Shown here: piece after piece, positions 26,841-34,752 of the stretch
How the letters are laid out: every line of letters starts with the position of its first letter
Position numbering within the stretch: position 1 is the first letter of the stretch
Source of the DNA: a virus
Length of the DNA: 41,380 nt
IMG/VR virus record: IMGVR_UViG_3300040801_004188
Reading direction: 5' to 3' (one strand)
Notes under the pieces: generated by a model
Databases searched by the model: none
Seen by the model: the letters and a program-made list of their open reading frames with translations, nothing else
Told to the model about the DNA's origin: nothing
Made by a program: the position numbers and the translations under genes

Positions 26841-27735
26841 CTTCTTCAAATGCTTCGTTCATTATCTCAGCATTCGTTTTTCCACCTCTCGGCGTCACAT
26901 CTCGCAATTCGTGAACCTCTTTGATGTCTTCGTACATCTGGATTCCGTTCAGTCCGGCAGCGTACTCTTTACCGAAAGCTCGTTTTTTGTTTTTGTGAAA
27001 AAGCATATCCTTGATGTACTTAATCCATGGCGAGTCCGTGTTCTTTTTTCCAGAACGAGTGGTCGGGTTCAGGAGCCCAGCTTCATCGGCGTCGTCCATG
27101 GTGAAGATGTACTCGTTAAAGTTGTCCTCTGCCCATTTTTCTTCGCCCTCGTGGAGAATCTGGATCACGTTAGCGTACGCCCGATTTTTCACGTTTTTGT
27201 TTTTGACACAGATTCGCTCGCAATCTTCGTCGATGTAGAAGGTCCTGAATGGGCGCCACTTCGGGTCCTTTTGGGCCAGAGCGGTGTACAGATCACCGTA
27301 AACGGATAGGCGACCTTTAATGAAGGCCATCTGGCCGAGAGCATCCTGAGTCAACCCGTGGTGTTTACACAATTGGAGGCCCGCCATGACCGCGGCTTTC
27401 CCGCCCTGGTCGAAAAGATGTTTCGCTGTCCCCTCTGTAATAATCATAGAGGCCGCTTGCCCAAGCTCCATTTGGTTGCGGAACTCATAGTCGCCGAGTC
27501 TGTTCACTCGGACGATGATTTCTTTTCTGGCAGCGGGTTTTGTGTCGGCCCTTTTCCCCTCCTTTTTAGGCTCTATGTTCTCAGACTTGATGCCAAATTG
27601 TTCAAACTGATCAACCGGGACCGCGTGGTGCACACTTTTGTCCGCGTTTTCTGCTGCGGGGTCTGACCCACCTTTTGACAGATCATCCCAGTCCGGTTGT
27701 TCGTCTGAATCAAAGTCGATTTCTTTATTGCTCAT
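26830..27735 (-). CDS. recT: RecT-like single-strand annealing protein
   Basis: 301 aa with an acidic N-terminal tail. The core and C-terminal SPWIKYIKDMLFHKNKKRAFGKEY parallel RecT GPWVTHWEEMAKKTAIRRLFKY. An exonuclease gene lies nearby. Confidence 0.6.
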   Translation of the reverse strand: MSNKEIDFDSDEQPDWDDLSKGGSDPAAENADKSVHHAVPVDQFEQFGIKSENIEPKKEGKRADTKPAARKEIIVRVNRLGDYEFRNQMELGQAASMIITEGTAKHLFDQGGKAAVMAGLQLCKHHGLTQDALGQMAFIKGRLSVYGDLYTALAQKDPKWRPFRTFYIDEDCERICVKNKNVKNRAYANVIQILHEGEEKWAEDNFNEYIFTMDDADEAGLLNPTTRSGKKNTDSPWIKYIKDMLFHKNKKRAFGKEYAAGLNGIQMYEDIKEVHELRDVTPRGGKTNAEIMNEAFEEEGA

Positions 27736-28148
27736 TGTTCCTCCTCAAGCATAAAAGTTAACATCTTCTCGTTTTTTTCTGATTTTAATGAATAGGGTTC
27801 CACGGAACAAGCTATGATGAATTCCAAGTCCCCGATTTTATTGAGAGTGTAGTCGTTCTTCGGGTCCTTCCCCCAAAGTTCGGTTTTACTCTCGTAGTAA
27901 TGTGGCACGGCTTTTGGCGGGTTCACTCGCAGCTGATACTCTGCAAGGCCGCCCAGTTTTTTAACCAGGTTTACAATTTCGTGGTTACGCGCACACTTTT
28001 CCACAGCCTCTAAAACGCCCTCGGTAATGAAGACACGTTCGGCCCGGCTCTGGGGCCACGCTCTTTTGTATTGCTCGGTAACTTCCACTTGGGCGCCGTC
28101 CTCCACGGCGTCCTCTTTTGTGTAATTGAATAAAGTGCAATCAGACAT
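27732..28148 (-). CDS. Hypothetical protein (138 aa) between the recombinase and exonuclease genes
   Basis: Overlap-coupled at both ends. The N-terminal FNYTKEDAVEDGAQVEVTE resembles a recurrent plasmid/phage motif of unknown function, recalled from memory only. Confidence 0.6.
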   Translation of the reverse strand: MSDCTLFNYTKEDAVEDGAQVEVTEQYKRAWPQSRAERVFITEGVLEAVEKCARNHEIVNLVKKLGGLAEYQLRVNPPKAVPHYYESKTELWGKDPKNDYTLNKIGDLEFIIACSVEPYSLKSEKNEKMLTFMLEEEQ

Positions 28149-29079
28149 CGTCGGCCTCGGTCATATCCAAAACGGTTTGCATCTGGAATTCGGTCATTCC
28201 GCAGGGCTGAATGGTCCCATCCGAATAACCGGGCCAGTAATTAGCGTCGGTGCATTTTTTGAATCGATTTAAAAAGAACCGCGACATACGCTCGCCAGCG
28301 TCCAGTTGAGCATCGTCGGCAGCGTACACTTCGCAGATGTGAGGAAGGGCCGACTCCGAAACAATGTAGTTGTACAAGGTTTCTTTTTGAAAGTTCTGCC
28401 TAATAAGTTCGCAGTAAACCCAAGCTTGGATAAAGTACAACCTGTCAAAAACTGTTCGCTGCCACTTGTGGGATTTAGCACTTTGACTTCGCTTGAGGTC
28501 GTTGACTATCAGTCGATCCATCCTCTGTTGGTAAAACCACCAGTCAAGCTTCCCGCGGATGTGGACTCCCTCAATTTCGCCTTCGAGCTTCTTTTCTTTT
28601 TCGTGCCCCAACCCTTGATCTTGGAATTTGATTATGGTCGGGTGAGACAGAACCTTATTTCGGCCCTTAATCATGCCCTCGTACTTTTTGTCGGTGAGCT
28701 TTATCTTGCCTTCGTATTTGGATTCGATCTCTTCGGGCAGCAGGGCAAACTCATCTCGGCACTTTTTAAACAGTTCGATCAATTCTGACTTTTTACCTTT
28801 CGGCTTTCCTCCCTTCATTGTGATATAGGCCTTCAACTCGTCCACGGTGTTCACAATGTGGCAGCCCTTTGGGGGATCCATTTTGGTATAGACCATCTCG
28901 TCAAATTTCTCAGGCTCCAGAACGGCCAAGTGAAACGCCGAGCCCTCCAACATGGCGTCGGATGGCTCTCTCTCCTTGAGAATGTGAAAACTTTCGTAGT
29001 GCGCGGGGCTCTCACAGAAATCCATCAGACCGGTGACGGTGATGGAGTATTTCGGTTTTTCAGTTTGCTGGTTTTCCAT
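28141..29079 (-). CDS. PD-(D/E)XK exonuclease (RecE/YqaJ-like)
   Basis: Start taken at the Met preceded by GGAGGA (29079); the listed start is 29145. Motifs are GSAFHLAVLEPEKF and D...NDLK. Confidence 0.65.
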   Translation of the reverse strand: MENQQTEKPKYSITVTGLMDFCESPAHYESFHILKEREPSDAMLEGSAFHLAVLEPEKFDEMVYTKMDPPKGCHIVNTVDELKAYITMKGGKPKGKKSELIELFKKCRDEFALLPEEIESKYEGKIKLTDKKYEGMIKGRNKVLSHPTIIKFQDQGLGHEKEKKLEGEIEGVHIRGKLDWWFYQQRMDRLIVNDLKRSQSAKSHKWQRTVFDRLYFIQAWVYCELIRQNFQKETLYNYIVSESALPHICEVYAADDAQLDAGERMSRFFLNRFKKCTDANYWPGYSDGTIQPCGMTEFQMQTVLDMTEADDV

Positions 29080-29317
29080 CTGAGTCCTCCGTTTTGAATT
29101 TGATTGCCTCTTTTCCGGGTTGAATAATTTGTGGTAAACGGTCACCGATTACCAGGATGTTCTTTTGTTTGTTTTTCTCATCCCTGATGGTGATTACCGA
29201 ACAGGCTCCGACGAAAAGAACCAGTTGTCCGTCTTGCATTTTTGAGCAAGAGACTTCGAGGTCGCCCACGTCGTCTTTAATTAAGTTCAGTTGTTCTATT
29301 AGTTTTGTAATGACCAT
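29060..29317 (-). CDS. Hypothetical protein (85 aa)
   Basis: ORF in the operon context only. Confidence 0.5.
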   Translation of the reverse strand: MVITKLIEQLNLIKDDVGDLEVSCSKMQDGQLVLFVGACSVITIRDEKNKQKNILVIGDRLPQIIQPGKEAIKFKTEDSDGKPAN

Positions 29318-29326
29318 GAGGCCTCC

Positions 29327-29581
29327 TTACGCGATACCGCGTGGTAAAATGGTGATGCCCGGTTCGGGCAGTTGATAACGAAAACTTGGTGCCGCGGGTC
29401 GCTCAATAGCGTGCTTGTCCAGTTTCTCGACTCGATGAAGACGGTTCCCCACCTTCATCTCGATCACTTCCCGAGCCGCCAACTTGGGTTCACCGTTCAC
29501 CAAAATAAATAACTCTTTTACTGTAAAACTTTTCTTGGTTGCGCGCTCACAGTAAACGCACAGCATTTGGTACGATTGCAT
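29327..29581 (-). CDS. Hypothetical protein (84 aa)
   Basis: ORF in the operon context; contains a CVYC pair. Confidence 0.5.
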   Translation of the reverse strand: MQSYQMLCVYCERATKKSFTVKELFILVNGEPKLAAREVIEMKVGNRLHRVEKLDKHAIERPAAPSFRYQLPEPGITILPRGIA

Positions 29582-29591
29582 TTAACCTCCC

Positions 29592-30161
29592 CTAATCGTC
29601 CCACCAATTGCTTGGTTTCTCTTCAGTTTCAGTTTGAGGTGCCAATTCTTGAGGCATCCCCGATCTTTTCCAGTAATCCCGTGATAGCATTTTTTGCTGT
29701 TCCCACCATTCAATTTTACTGCTCATATTTCCGGCGTCAGGTTTGAACAGTTCCTTTGGGAACTTTGCAATCAGGTTGCGATATTGGCCGGTTATCTGTG
29801 GGCACCAGGGGTCCTGGTTCAGCCGCCCCATCTTGCAATGGCATTTCCCGAGCACAGTTGACCCAGGAACGTCTAAAAACACATAGCCCGTCTCGATACA
29901 GTCCTTGCACACTAGCGCCCCGTCCTGATGAACCTCGCCAGTCTCAATGGGCTTGTACTTTTGGCGGAGAAGGTGCTGAAAGTCGGCCGGTGTTGGTCGG
30001 GACCGATGGTTAAGAATCAGCTCCTCGCAAACCTTGATGAAATTATCAGCACCGTATCGACCTGCCAATTCTGTAAGCGCCCTCATCTGAGCCGTGGCGT
30101 ATTTCCGTTTTCCGAAACTCGACACAACTTCGTCGATGGCGTCCAGGTAAGTTTTGTTCAT
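29592..30161 (-). CDS. G39P-like (helicase loader/inhibitor-like) N-domain protein with a Cys-rich middle region
   Basis: The N-terminus ends in RPTPADF, like the fPP-x-aei motif of G39P-type proteins. A C-x2-C ... C-x-C cluster follows. Confidence 0.4.
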   Translation of the reverse strand: MNKTYLDAIDEVVSSFGKRKYATAQMRALTELAGRYGADNFIKVCEELILNHRSRPTPADFQHLLRQKYKPIETGEVHQDGALVCKDCIETGYVFLDVPGSTVLGKCHCKMGRLNQDPWCPQITGQYRNLIAKFPKELFKPDAGNMSSKIEWWEQQKMLSRDYWKRSGMPQELAPQTETEEKPSNWWDD

Positions 30162-30673
30162 TCGATCTCCTTTCCGATGCCCTTAAGCTGGATTGGACTT
30201 TCATCACCAGATGTCAGTGCCTCCCTCGCTTCCGAGGTTTTGTTGTCACGCAAGTAATCCGCGATTCTGACCTCCCATCCCTTTCTGAGGTATTTAACCT
30301 CTAACAGGCCATTCTGGTGGTTGAACAAAGTGATGTTCAGGTGGTCCCTAAGCCAATTCGCAAACTCGCTGCCAAAATTGGTGTAGAGGGATTGCCCTTT
30401 GTTTAAACTGGCGATGATGTCATCAACCAAAAACCTGGCCTCCTCCTCAACTGTCGGTTCAGCCTGTGGCTTTCGACCAGCGATCTCGAGTATCTTGGCC
30501 GGAACAGGGAAGAACTCGCACTGCTGGAGAATTTTCTCTTGCAGCTTGTGCAGGTCTATTCCTCGCAGATGGGGTTCTAAAACTCGACTCATCACCTCGA
30601 CTTGAGGCATGCTGACTTTTCGGCCCATCGCTTCAGCGGTGACGGCCAGCATTTCAGCTATTGCTTGATTCAT
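30158..30673 (-). CDS. G39P-like replication accessory protein (paralogue of 29592..30161)
   Basis: Same N-terminal architecture, ending in FFPVPAKILE. ATGA-type coupling. Confidence 0.4.
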   Translation of the reverse strand: MNQAIAEMLAVTAEAMGRKVSMPQVEVMSRVLEPHLRGIDLHKLQEKILQQCEFFPVPAKILEIAGRKPQAEPTVEEEARFLVDDIIASLNKGQSLYTNFGSEFANWLRDHLNITLFNHQNGLLEVKYLRKGWEVRIADYLRDNKTSEAREALTSGDESPIQLKGIGKEIE

Positions 30674-31472
30674 TTTGTTTTCTCCTTTTCATCAATTCCT
30701 CGATCACTGTTGGGTTATGTGAACGGTGGTCGCTGCGGCCACTTGAGGGTTTACGGTTTACATGGGGGTCCCATCCCCTTTCGAGCCATCGGTTCAAAAA
30801 CTGCTTCCAGCCCCGAGACGTTCTTTTCGACTTCCCCTGGTCTTCGCACCACTGCCAAGCTTTCTTGAGTTCTCGATCCACCCATTCTTTTTCGGGATAA
30901 AGCTCTAGCCAGGTTTCGTACTTTTCTCGACCAAGTTCCTGCATGAGATCAGCGATCCCATTAAGTTTTAAAACTCCTCTTTTAGGTGCTTGTTTGGTGG
31001 GCGCCCTGGAGTCGGAGATTTCCGACACCGGGGAAGAAGCTTTAGCTTCTTTAATTATCTTTTCATCTTCTCCTCTTTTCATCTTTTCATCTTCTCCTCT
31101 TTTCATCCCGGAACTATTAGGAGTTTTTTCGGGTGTTTTTTTCACCTTTTTTCGACCCCTGGTTTCCTGGAATTTCGAGTAGTTAGCTATTGAAATTTTT
31201 GCGGAATCCTTTCCATTTTCAACTGAAACTTGATCGAAAGTCTGATGGATTTCGGCCAACTTCTGACTGACTTTCGGTCGAGTTACGCGCAAGAGTCGCG
31301 CGAAATACGCGTGAGTTTCGGTGAACTCGCCATCTGAATCGAGTTGATTTGCCCGAATAATAAGCGCCTGAAAAAGGAGGATTCCGAAGTAATCCTTTTC
31401 GGAGAGGGCCTTTGAATAGCTCTCCCCTTGAAAAGAATCAGTCCAGAATTTAATCCACCCCCGCCGAGCCAT
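30654..31472 (-). CDS. Phage replisome organiser / DnaD-like replication initiator
   Basis: The N-terminal WIKFWTDSF...DYFGILLFQALIIRANQLDSDGEF matches the replisome-organiser pattern. It has a basic linker with a duplicated MKRGEDEK and a Trp-rich C-terminus. Confidence 0.65.
   Translation of the reverse strand: MARRGWIKFWTDSFQGESYSKALSEKDYFGILLFQALIIRANQLDSDGEFTETHAYFARLLRVTRPKVSQKLAEIHQTFDQVSVENGKDSAKISIANYSKFQETRGRKKVKKTPEKTPNSSGMKRGEDEKMKRGEDEKIIKEAKASSPVSEISDSRAPTKQAPKRGVLKLNGIADLMQELGREKYETWLELYPEKEWVDRELKKAWQWCEDQGKSKRTSRGWKQFLNRWLERGWDPHVNRKPSSGRSDHRSHNPTVIEELMKRRKQNESSNS
31059..31106. repeat. Perfect 24-bp tandem duplication (CTTTTCATCTTCTCCTCTTTTCAT x2) inside the replisome-organiser gene
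   Basis: Read directly. It contains four copies of CTTTTCAT. Confidence 0.9.
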
Positions 31473-31801
31473 TACGACTCCGCTTGCTCTTGAGATTCAG
31501 GAGCTTCCTTTAGAACCTTATGAACCGTATTCTTCGACTTTTTGGCGGCGGCCTTTTTCGTCGGCTTCGGAGCCGGACGGACCTTTACTTCTTTTTTGGG
31601 CTTTTCGGGCTTGTCCATTTTTACCGGGTCGCCCTTCTTTGCGAGGATGGCCTGATAGGCGGACTCGAAGCTCTCATTCCAGAGCTTAATGAAATCCTCC
31701 TTAGATCCCCCGTTCTTTCGCCACTGCCAGCAAATGCGGGCACAGCGGTTCGTGTTGGATTTTAAACGTGTAGCTTGGGATTGATTCTTATCAATAGACA
31801 T
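31472..31801 (-). CDS. First gene of the leftward early operon; protein with a Lys/Ala/Pro-rich histone-like tail
   Basis: 109 aa, RBS AAAGGAGGAGGGG. The tail reads KPKKEVKVRPAPKPTKKAAAKKSK. Confidence 0.6.
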   Translation of the reverse strand: MSIDKNQSQATRLKSNTNRCARICWQWRKNGGSKEDFIKLWNESFESAYQAILAKKGDPVKMDKPEKPKKEVKVRPAPKPTKKAAAKKSKNTVHKVLKEAPESQEQAES

Positions 31802-32130
31802 CTCCCCTCCTCCTTTGAATGTGGTTGCACTATATTTTTAGTGTGTAGAGAAAAATAAAATTAAAACATGGTTAGTACAACGCTATTCTTTAAGCATTTC
31901 CAAGTGTGGAAAACTACTTGGAAAACCCTGTGGAGAGGTGGAAAACCCCTCGAAAAGTGCATTGAAAAATGGCATTGAAATAAGGCGCTATATATAATAC
32001 ATATCCATCATGCCGAGGACTGACAGACCGCGTCACGGCCCTACAGGGGCCTACAGGGCGCACAGGCCGCGTCAGGGGTATAACGCGCCACACAGGGCCG
32101 CCTCGGGGCTCACAGGCGAAAGGAAGATAC
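31802..32130. promoter_or_regulatory. Divergent early control region with three repeat families
   Basis: 329 bp of non-coding sequence between divergent operons. TGGAAAAC occurs 3 times (31907, 31919, 31939). GCATTGAAA occurs twice (31959, 31972). There is a TATATATAAT box (31989..31998) and a GC-rich block (32021..32120) with (A/T)CAGG every ~10 bp. Confidence 0.6.
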
Positions 32131-32394
32131 ATGAAAAACGCGAGGCCTTCGGAGATTTTCGAGACTCTCAAGTCCAACCCGATGTTGGCAAAATGTTGGC
32201 GTCGTTGCACGGATGCAGAGTTGGACGAGTGTCGAGCGTTTTTAAAAACCCATGAGGGCCGGGGTCTATCGGCTCTCAATAGAGAAATCAACCAATGGTA
32301 TTTGGACCAGCCAATGAAACCCAAGCACTACGCTGATATGTGGGCATTGTTGGTTGCGTCCGCACCACGCTCAATCGAAAGGAGAAAAAGATGA
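32131..32394 (+). CDS. Hypothetical early protein (87 aa)
   Basis: RBS AAAGGAAG. ATGA coupled to the XRE gene. Confidence 0.55.
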   Translation: MKNARPSEIFETLKSNPMLAKCWRRCTDAELDECRAFLKTHEGRGLSALNREINQWYLDQPMKPKHYADMWALLVASAPRSIERRKR

Positions 32395-32774
32395 GCACAG
32401 TTTTAGCGGAGCGAATGATCGCTTTAAGAAAAAAGATGGGCCTTAACAGGTCGCAAATGGGTGAAGCCCTGGGACTCAAGGGGGCTGGTGGGGTCAGTAA
32501 GTACGAATCTGGCGAGTGTGCCCCAACCGGGAAGCGATGGCAGAGGTTCCTTGAACTGGAAAAACTGCATTTAAAAAGAGTTGCGCCCTCGCAACCTGAG
32601 TTGCCGCCTCAACCGAAACGGATAGAGCCACAGCGATTGGTCACGCCACCGAAGATGGTTCAGCGGCCAATGGTTAAAGAGTCGGCTGTGTTTTGGAAGA
32701 TCACTGAACTATTTGATGCTTTGTCCGAAGAGGGAAAAGAAAAAGTTCGGAGGTACGTTCAATGCAATGGGTAA
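32391..32774 (+). CDS. XRE/Cro-CI-family HTH transcriptional regulator
   Basis: ATG 32391 follows AAAGGAG. LAERMIALRKKMGLNRSQMGEALGL..GGVSKYESG is a typical HTH_3 pattern. Confidence 0.75.
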   Translation: MSTVLAERMIALRKKMGLNRSQMGEALGLKGAGGVSKYESGECAPTGKRWQRFLELEKLHLKRVAPSQPELPPQPKRIEPQRLVTPPKMVQRPMVKESAVFWKITELFDALSEEGKEKVRRYVQCNG

Positions 32775-33028
32775 CCTTGTCAACCAAAACAGGGGCTCCA
32801 GTCGTTAAACAGCGATTGGAGCCGATGCCAGCAGGCCCTTATTTGGTCTGTTCGCAGTTCGACGAAAATTTGTTCGAGGGTATGCACTACATGGATGCCC
32901 GCAAACAATACCCAGAAAAGTTGCACCACGGACTTCCAGCCTACGGGTTGGGGTCCGTTGCGTTCTCTTTTGATAACGAGTTGCAGGTGGCTCGCAAGTG
33001 CTGGGTACATTACGACACCAGCGATTGA
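32762..33028 (+). CDS. Hypothetical protein (88 aa)
   Basis: ORF in the operon context. Confidence 0.5.
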   Translation: MQWVTLSTKTGAPVVKQRLEPMPAGPYLVCSQFDENLFEGMHYMDARKQYPEKLHHGLPAYGLGSVAFSFDNELQVARKCWVHYDTSD

Positions 33029-33036
33029 GGTACGCT

Positions 33037-33207
33037 ATGGCATTAAAAAAATGGAATTATGGAGGTGAGAAGAAAATTACGAGTATCCGGTTAACGGATT
33101 CTGAGAAGAAGCTTCTCACTCAGACTTATGGCTCAATTCAGGCATTTATTGAAATTCACATGGAGCCACTTAAAAAACTACAAACTCAAAAACGGAGGAA
33201 AAAATGA
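33037..33207 (+). CDS. Small ribbon-helix-helix-like protein (56 aa)
   Basis: Internal ATG 33037 after GAGGT. KKITSIRLTDSEKKLLTQTYG looks like an RHH beta-strand plus helix. Confidence 0.4.
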   Translation: MALKKWNYGGEKKITSIRLTDSEKKLLTQTYGSIQAFIEIHMEPLKKLQTQKRRKK

Positions 33208-33530
33208 GTCGAGTAGAAGATGCAATTCAAGAGTTAATTGACGACCACCTTAGCGGTGTGGATTACGCCGAGCAGGACCATCTGGAATCTTTAGAGTCCA
33301 GAGTTGATGAACTTAACGAGAAGATTCAGGATCTTGAGTCGGTTAACAACCGATTGAAAGAGATTGTGGACGATCAACTGGAAATTAACGCTGATGTTGT
33401 CGATCAATTCAAATTAAAAGTGCAACAGGAAACTGGGTGGATTCAAGAGCTTATTGTGAATGAGTTACCCGGCGCTGTTCTTAAATTACTAAAGAGGTTC
33501 ATTTCCAAAACGGAAGAAGGAGGTAACTAA
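33204..33530 (+). CDS. Highly acidic coiled-coil protein (108 aa)
   Basis: 26 of 108 residues are D/E by my count, with heptad-like spacing. ATGA coupled. Confidence 0.6.
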   Translation: MSRVEDAIQELIDDHLSGVDYAEQDHLESLESRVDELNEKIQDLESVNNRLKEIVDDQLEINADVVDQFKLKVQQETGWIQELIVNELPGAVLKLLKRFISKTEEGGN

Positions 33531-34504
33531 TGAGCCATCAAGGTGAATCAATGATGTCCGCTAACGCGGTTGTTCCATGGCACGGCCTCGGCGAAATTGT
33601 CGAGGGTGCGCCCTGTGCAGAAGAAGCTATTAAGTTGGCAGGTCTTAATTGGACTGCCGATGAAGTTCCCCTGTTCTCCAAACTTGGAGACGGGGTTTTT
33701 AAAGAAGTTGATACTCATAAACAGATTGTGCGAAGCACGGATGGTCGCCAACTGGGTGTGGTCGGCTCCAATTACACTCCGGTCCAGAACAAGGATGCTT
33801 TTAAATGGTTTGATCCCTTTATTGAAAGTGGTTTCGCCACCATTGAGACTGCTGGCAGTTTACGGCAAGGCAAGAAGGTCTGGGTCTTGGCGAAGCTCAA
33901 TAAGAAGCCCATCACCGTTGCGAAGGGCGATCAGATCAATAAGTATCTGTTACTGTCCAATGGGCATGATGGGGCCACGGCTGTAAGAGTCGGGTTCACT
34001 CCAATCCGAGTGGTCTGTAACAATACGCTTTCGGCGGCTGAAGCTGATCGAGGCGGGTCGAAGCTTATTCGTATCAGTCACACTCGTCGAGTTATGGACT
34101 CCCTGGACAAGATTCAGGAAACTATTAATGCGGTGGACGCCAAGTTTGAGGCCACGGCAGAGCAGTATAAGTTCTTGGTATCGAAAAGCGACATCAAAGA
34201 AGAAGACATCAAGTCCTATGTTGAGGTTCTCTTCATGAGTGGTAAGCAAAAGACTGAACGGTACGAAATGCGACTCAATAAAATGACCGAAGACATCACT
34301 AGGCTGTTTGAGTCGGGTCGCGGTAACAACCTTAAGTCGGTGCGCGGCACTTATTGGGCTCTCTATAATGGAGTCACGGAATACCTCTCATACGAAGCGG
34401 GTAAAAGTGCTGACGCCAGGCTGAATAAGTTATGGTTTGGTCGTAACTTTACCAAGAACTCTGAAGCTCTCAAGGTTGCAGTGAAGATGGCAGGTGGCCG
34501 ATGA
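33530..34504 (+). CDS. DUF932-family protein
   Basis: VPWHGLG...NYTPVQN...LLSNGHDGATAVRVGFTPIRVVCNNTL matches the DUF932 / phage-plasmid-like family as I recall it. Confidence 0.7.
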   Translation: MSHQGESMMSANAVVPWHGLGEIVEGAPCAEEAIKLAGLNWTADEVPLFSKLGDGVFKEVDTHKQIVRSTDGRQLGVVGSNYTPVQNKDAFKWFDPFIESGFATIETAGSLRQGKKVWVLAKLNKKPITVAKGDQINKYLLLSNGHDGATAVRVGFTPIRVVCNNTLSAAEADRGGSKLIRISHTRRVMDSLDKIQETINAVDAKFEATAEQYKFLVSKSDIKEEDIKSYVEVLFMSGKQKTERYEMRLNKMTEDITRLFESGRGNNLKSVRGTYWALYNGVTEYLSYEAGKSADARLNKLWFGRNFTKNSEALKVAVKMAGGR

Positions 34505-34752
34505 AGAAGATTCTGGACACTGACTTAATTCGCATTTTTGATGCGGAGGACTCATACCAAGTTTACATTACCGCCCAATCCGGGGTGGTGATCGAGCATG
34601 AACCATTTCCTCATGACCAGCGCGGCCTCGTCGCCGCTCTGATGCTGGCGACTGATGTTTTAGCCGGAAAGGTCTGGTTAAAAGATGTCTGCATCGTTCA
34701 TCGGGACAAACTTAACCCGCCGGAGCGGGTAAAATTAGAGGGTTTAGTTTGA
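34501..34752 (+). CDS. Hypothetical protein (83 aa)
   Basis: ATGA coupled; last gene before the terminator. Confidence 0.5.
   Translation: MKKILDTDLIRIFDAEDSYQVYITAQSGVVIEHEPFPHDQRGLVAALMLATDVLAGKVWLKDVCIVHRDKLNPPERVKLEGLV

Noticed and set aside
31059-31106. Possible CRISPR array or minisatellite
   Set aside because: There are only two perfectly adjacent 24-bp units with no spacers, inside a coding region. This is not CRISPR-like, so it is kept only as a candidate iteron or slippage duplication.
31975-31998. Sigma-70 promoter call from TTGAAA (31975) and TATAAT (31993)
   Set aside because: The spacer would be only 12 nt, and the alternative TTGAAA at 31962 gives 25 nt. Neither fits the 16-18-nt rule, so no promoter coordinates are asserted.
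32021-32120. GC-rich block as a tRNA or other known small RNA gene
   Set aside because: I could not fold it into a cloverleaf or find conserved tRNA boxes. Only short GC hairpins are possible by eye, so it is reported as a phased repeat or possible leader instead.
31914-32324. 136-aa minus-strand ORF spanning the control region and the start of the rightward operon
   Set aside because: It is antisense to the better-supported 32131..32394 gene, which has an RBS and ATGA coupling. It runs through the repeat arrays, and its Arg/Pro/Ser-rich translation looks like non-coding read-through.
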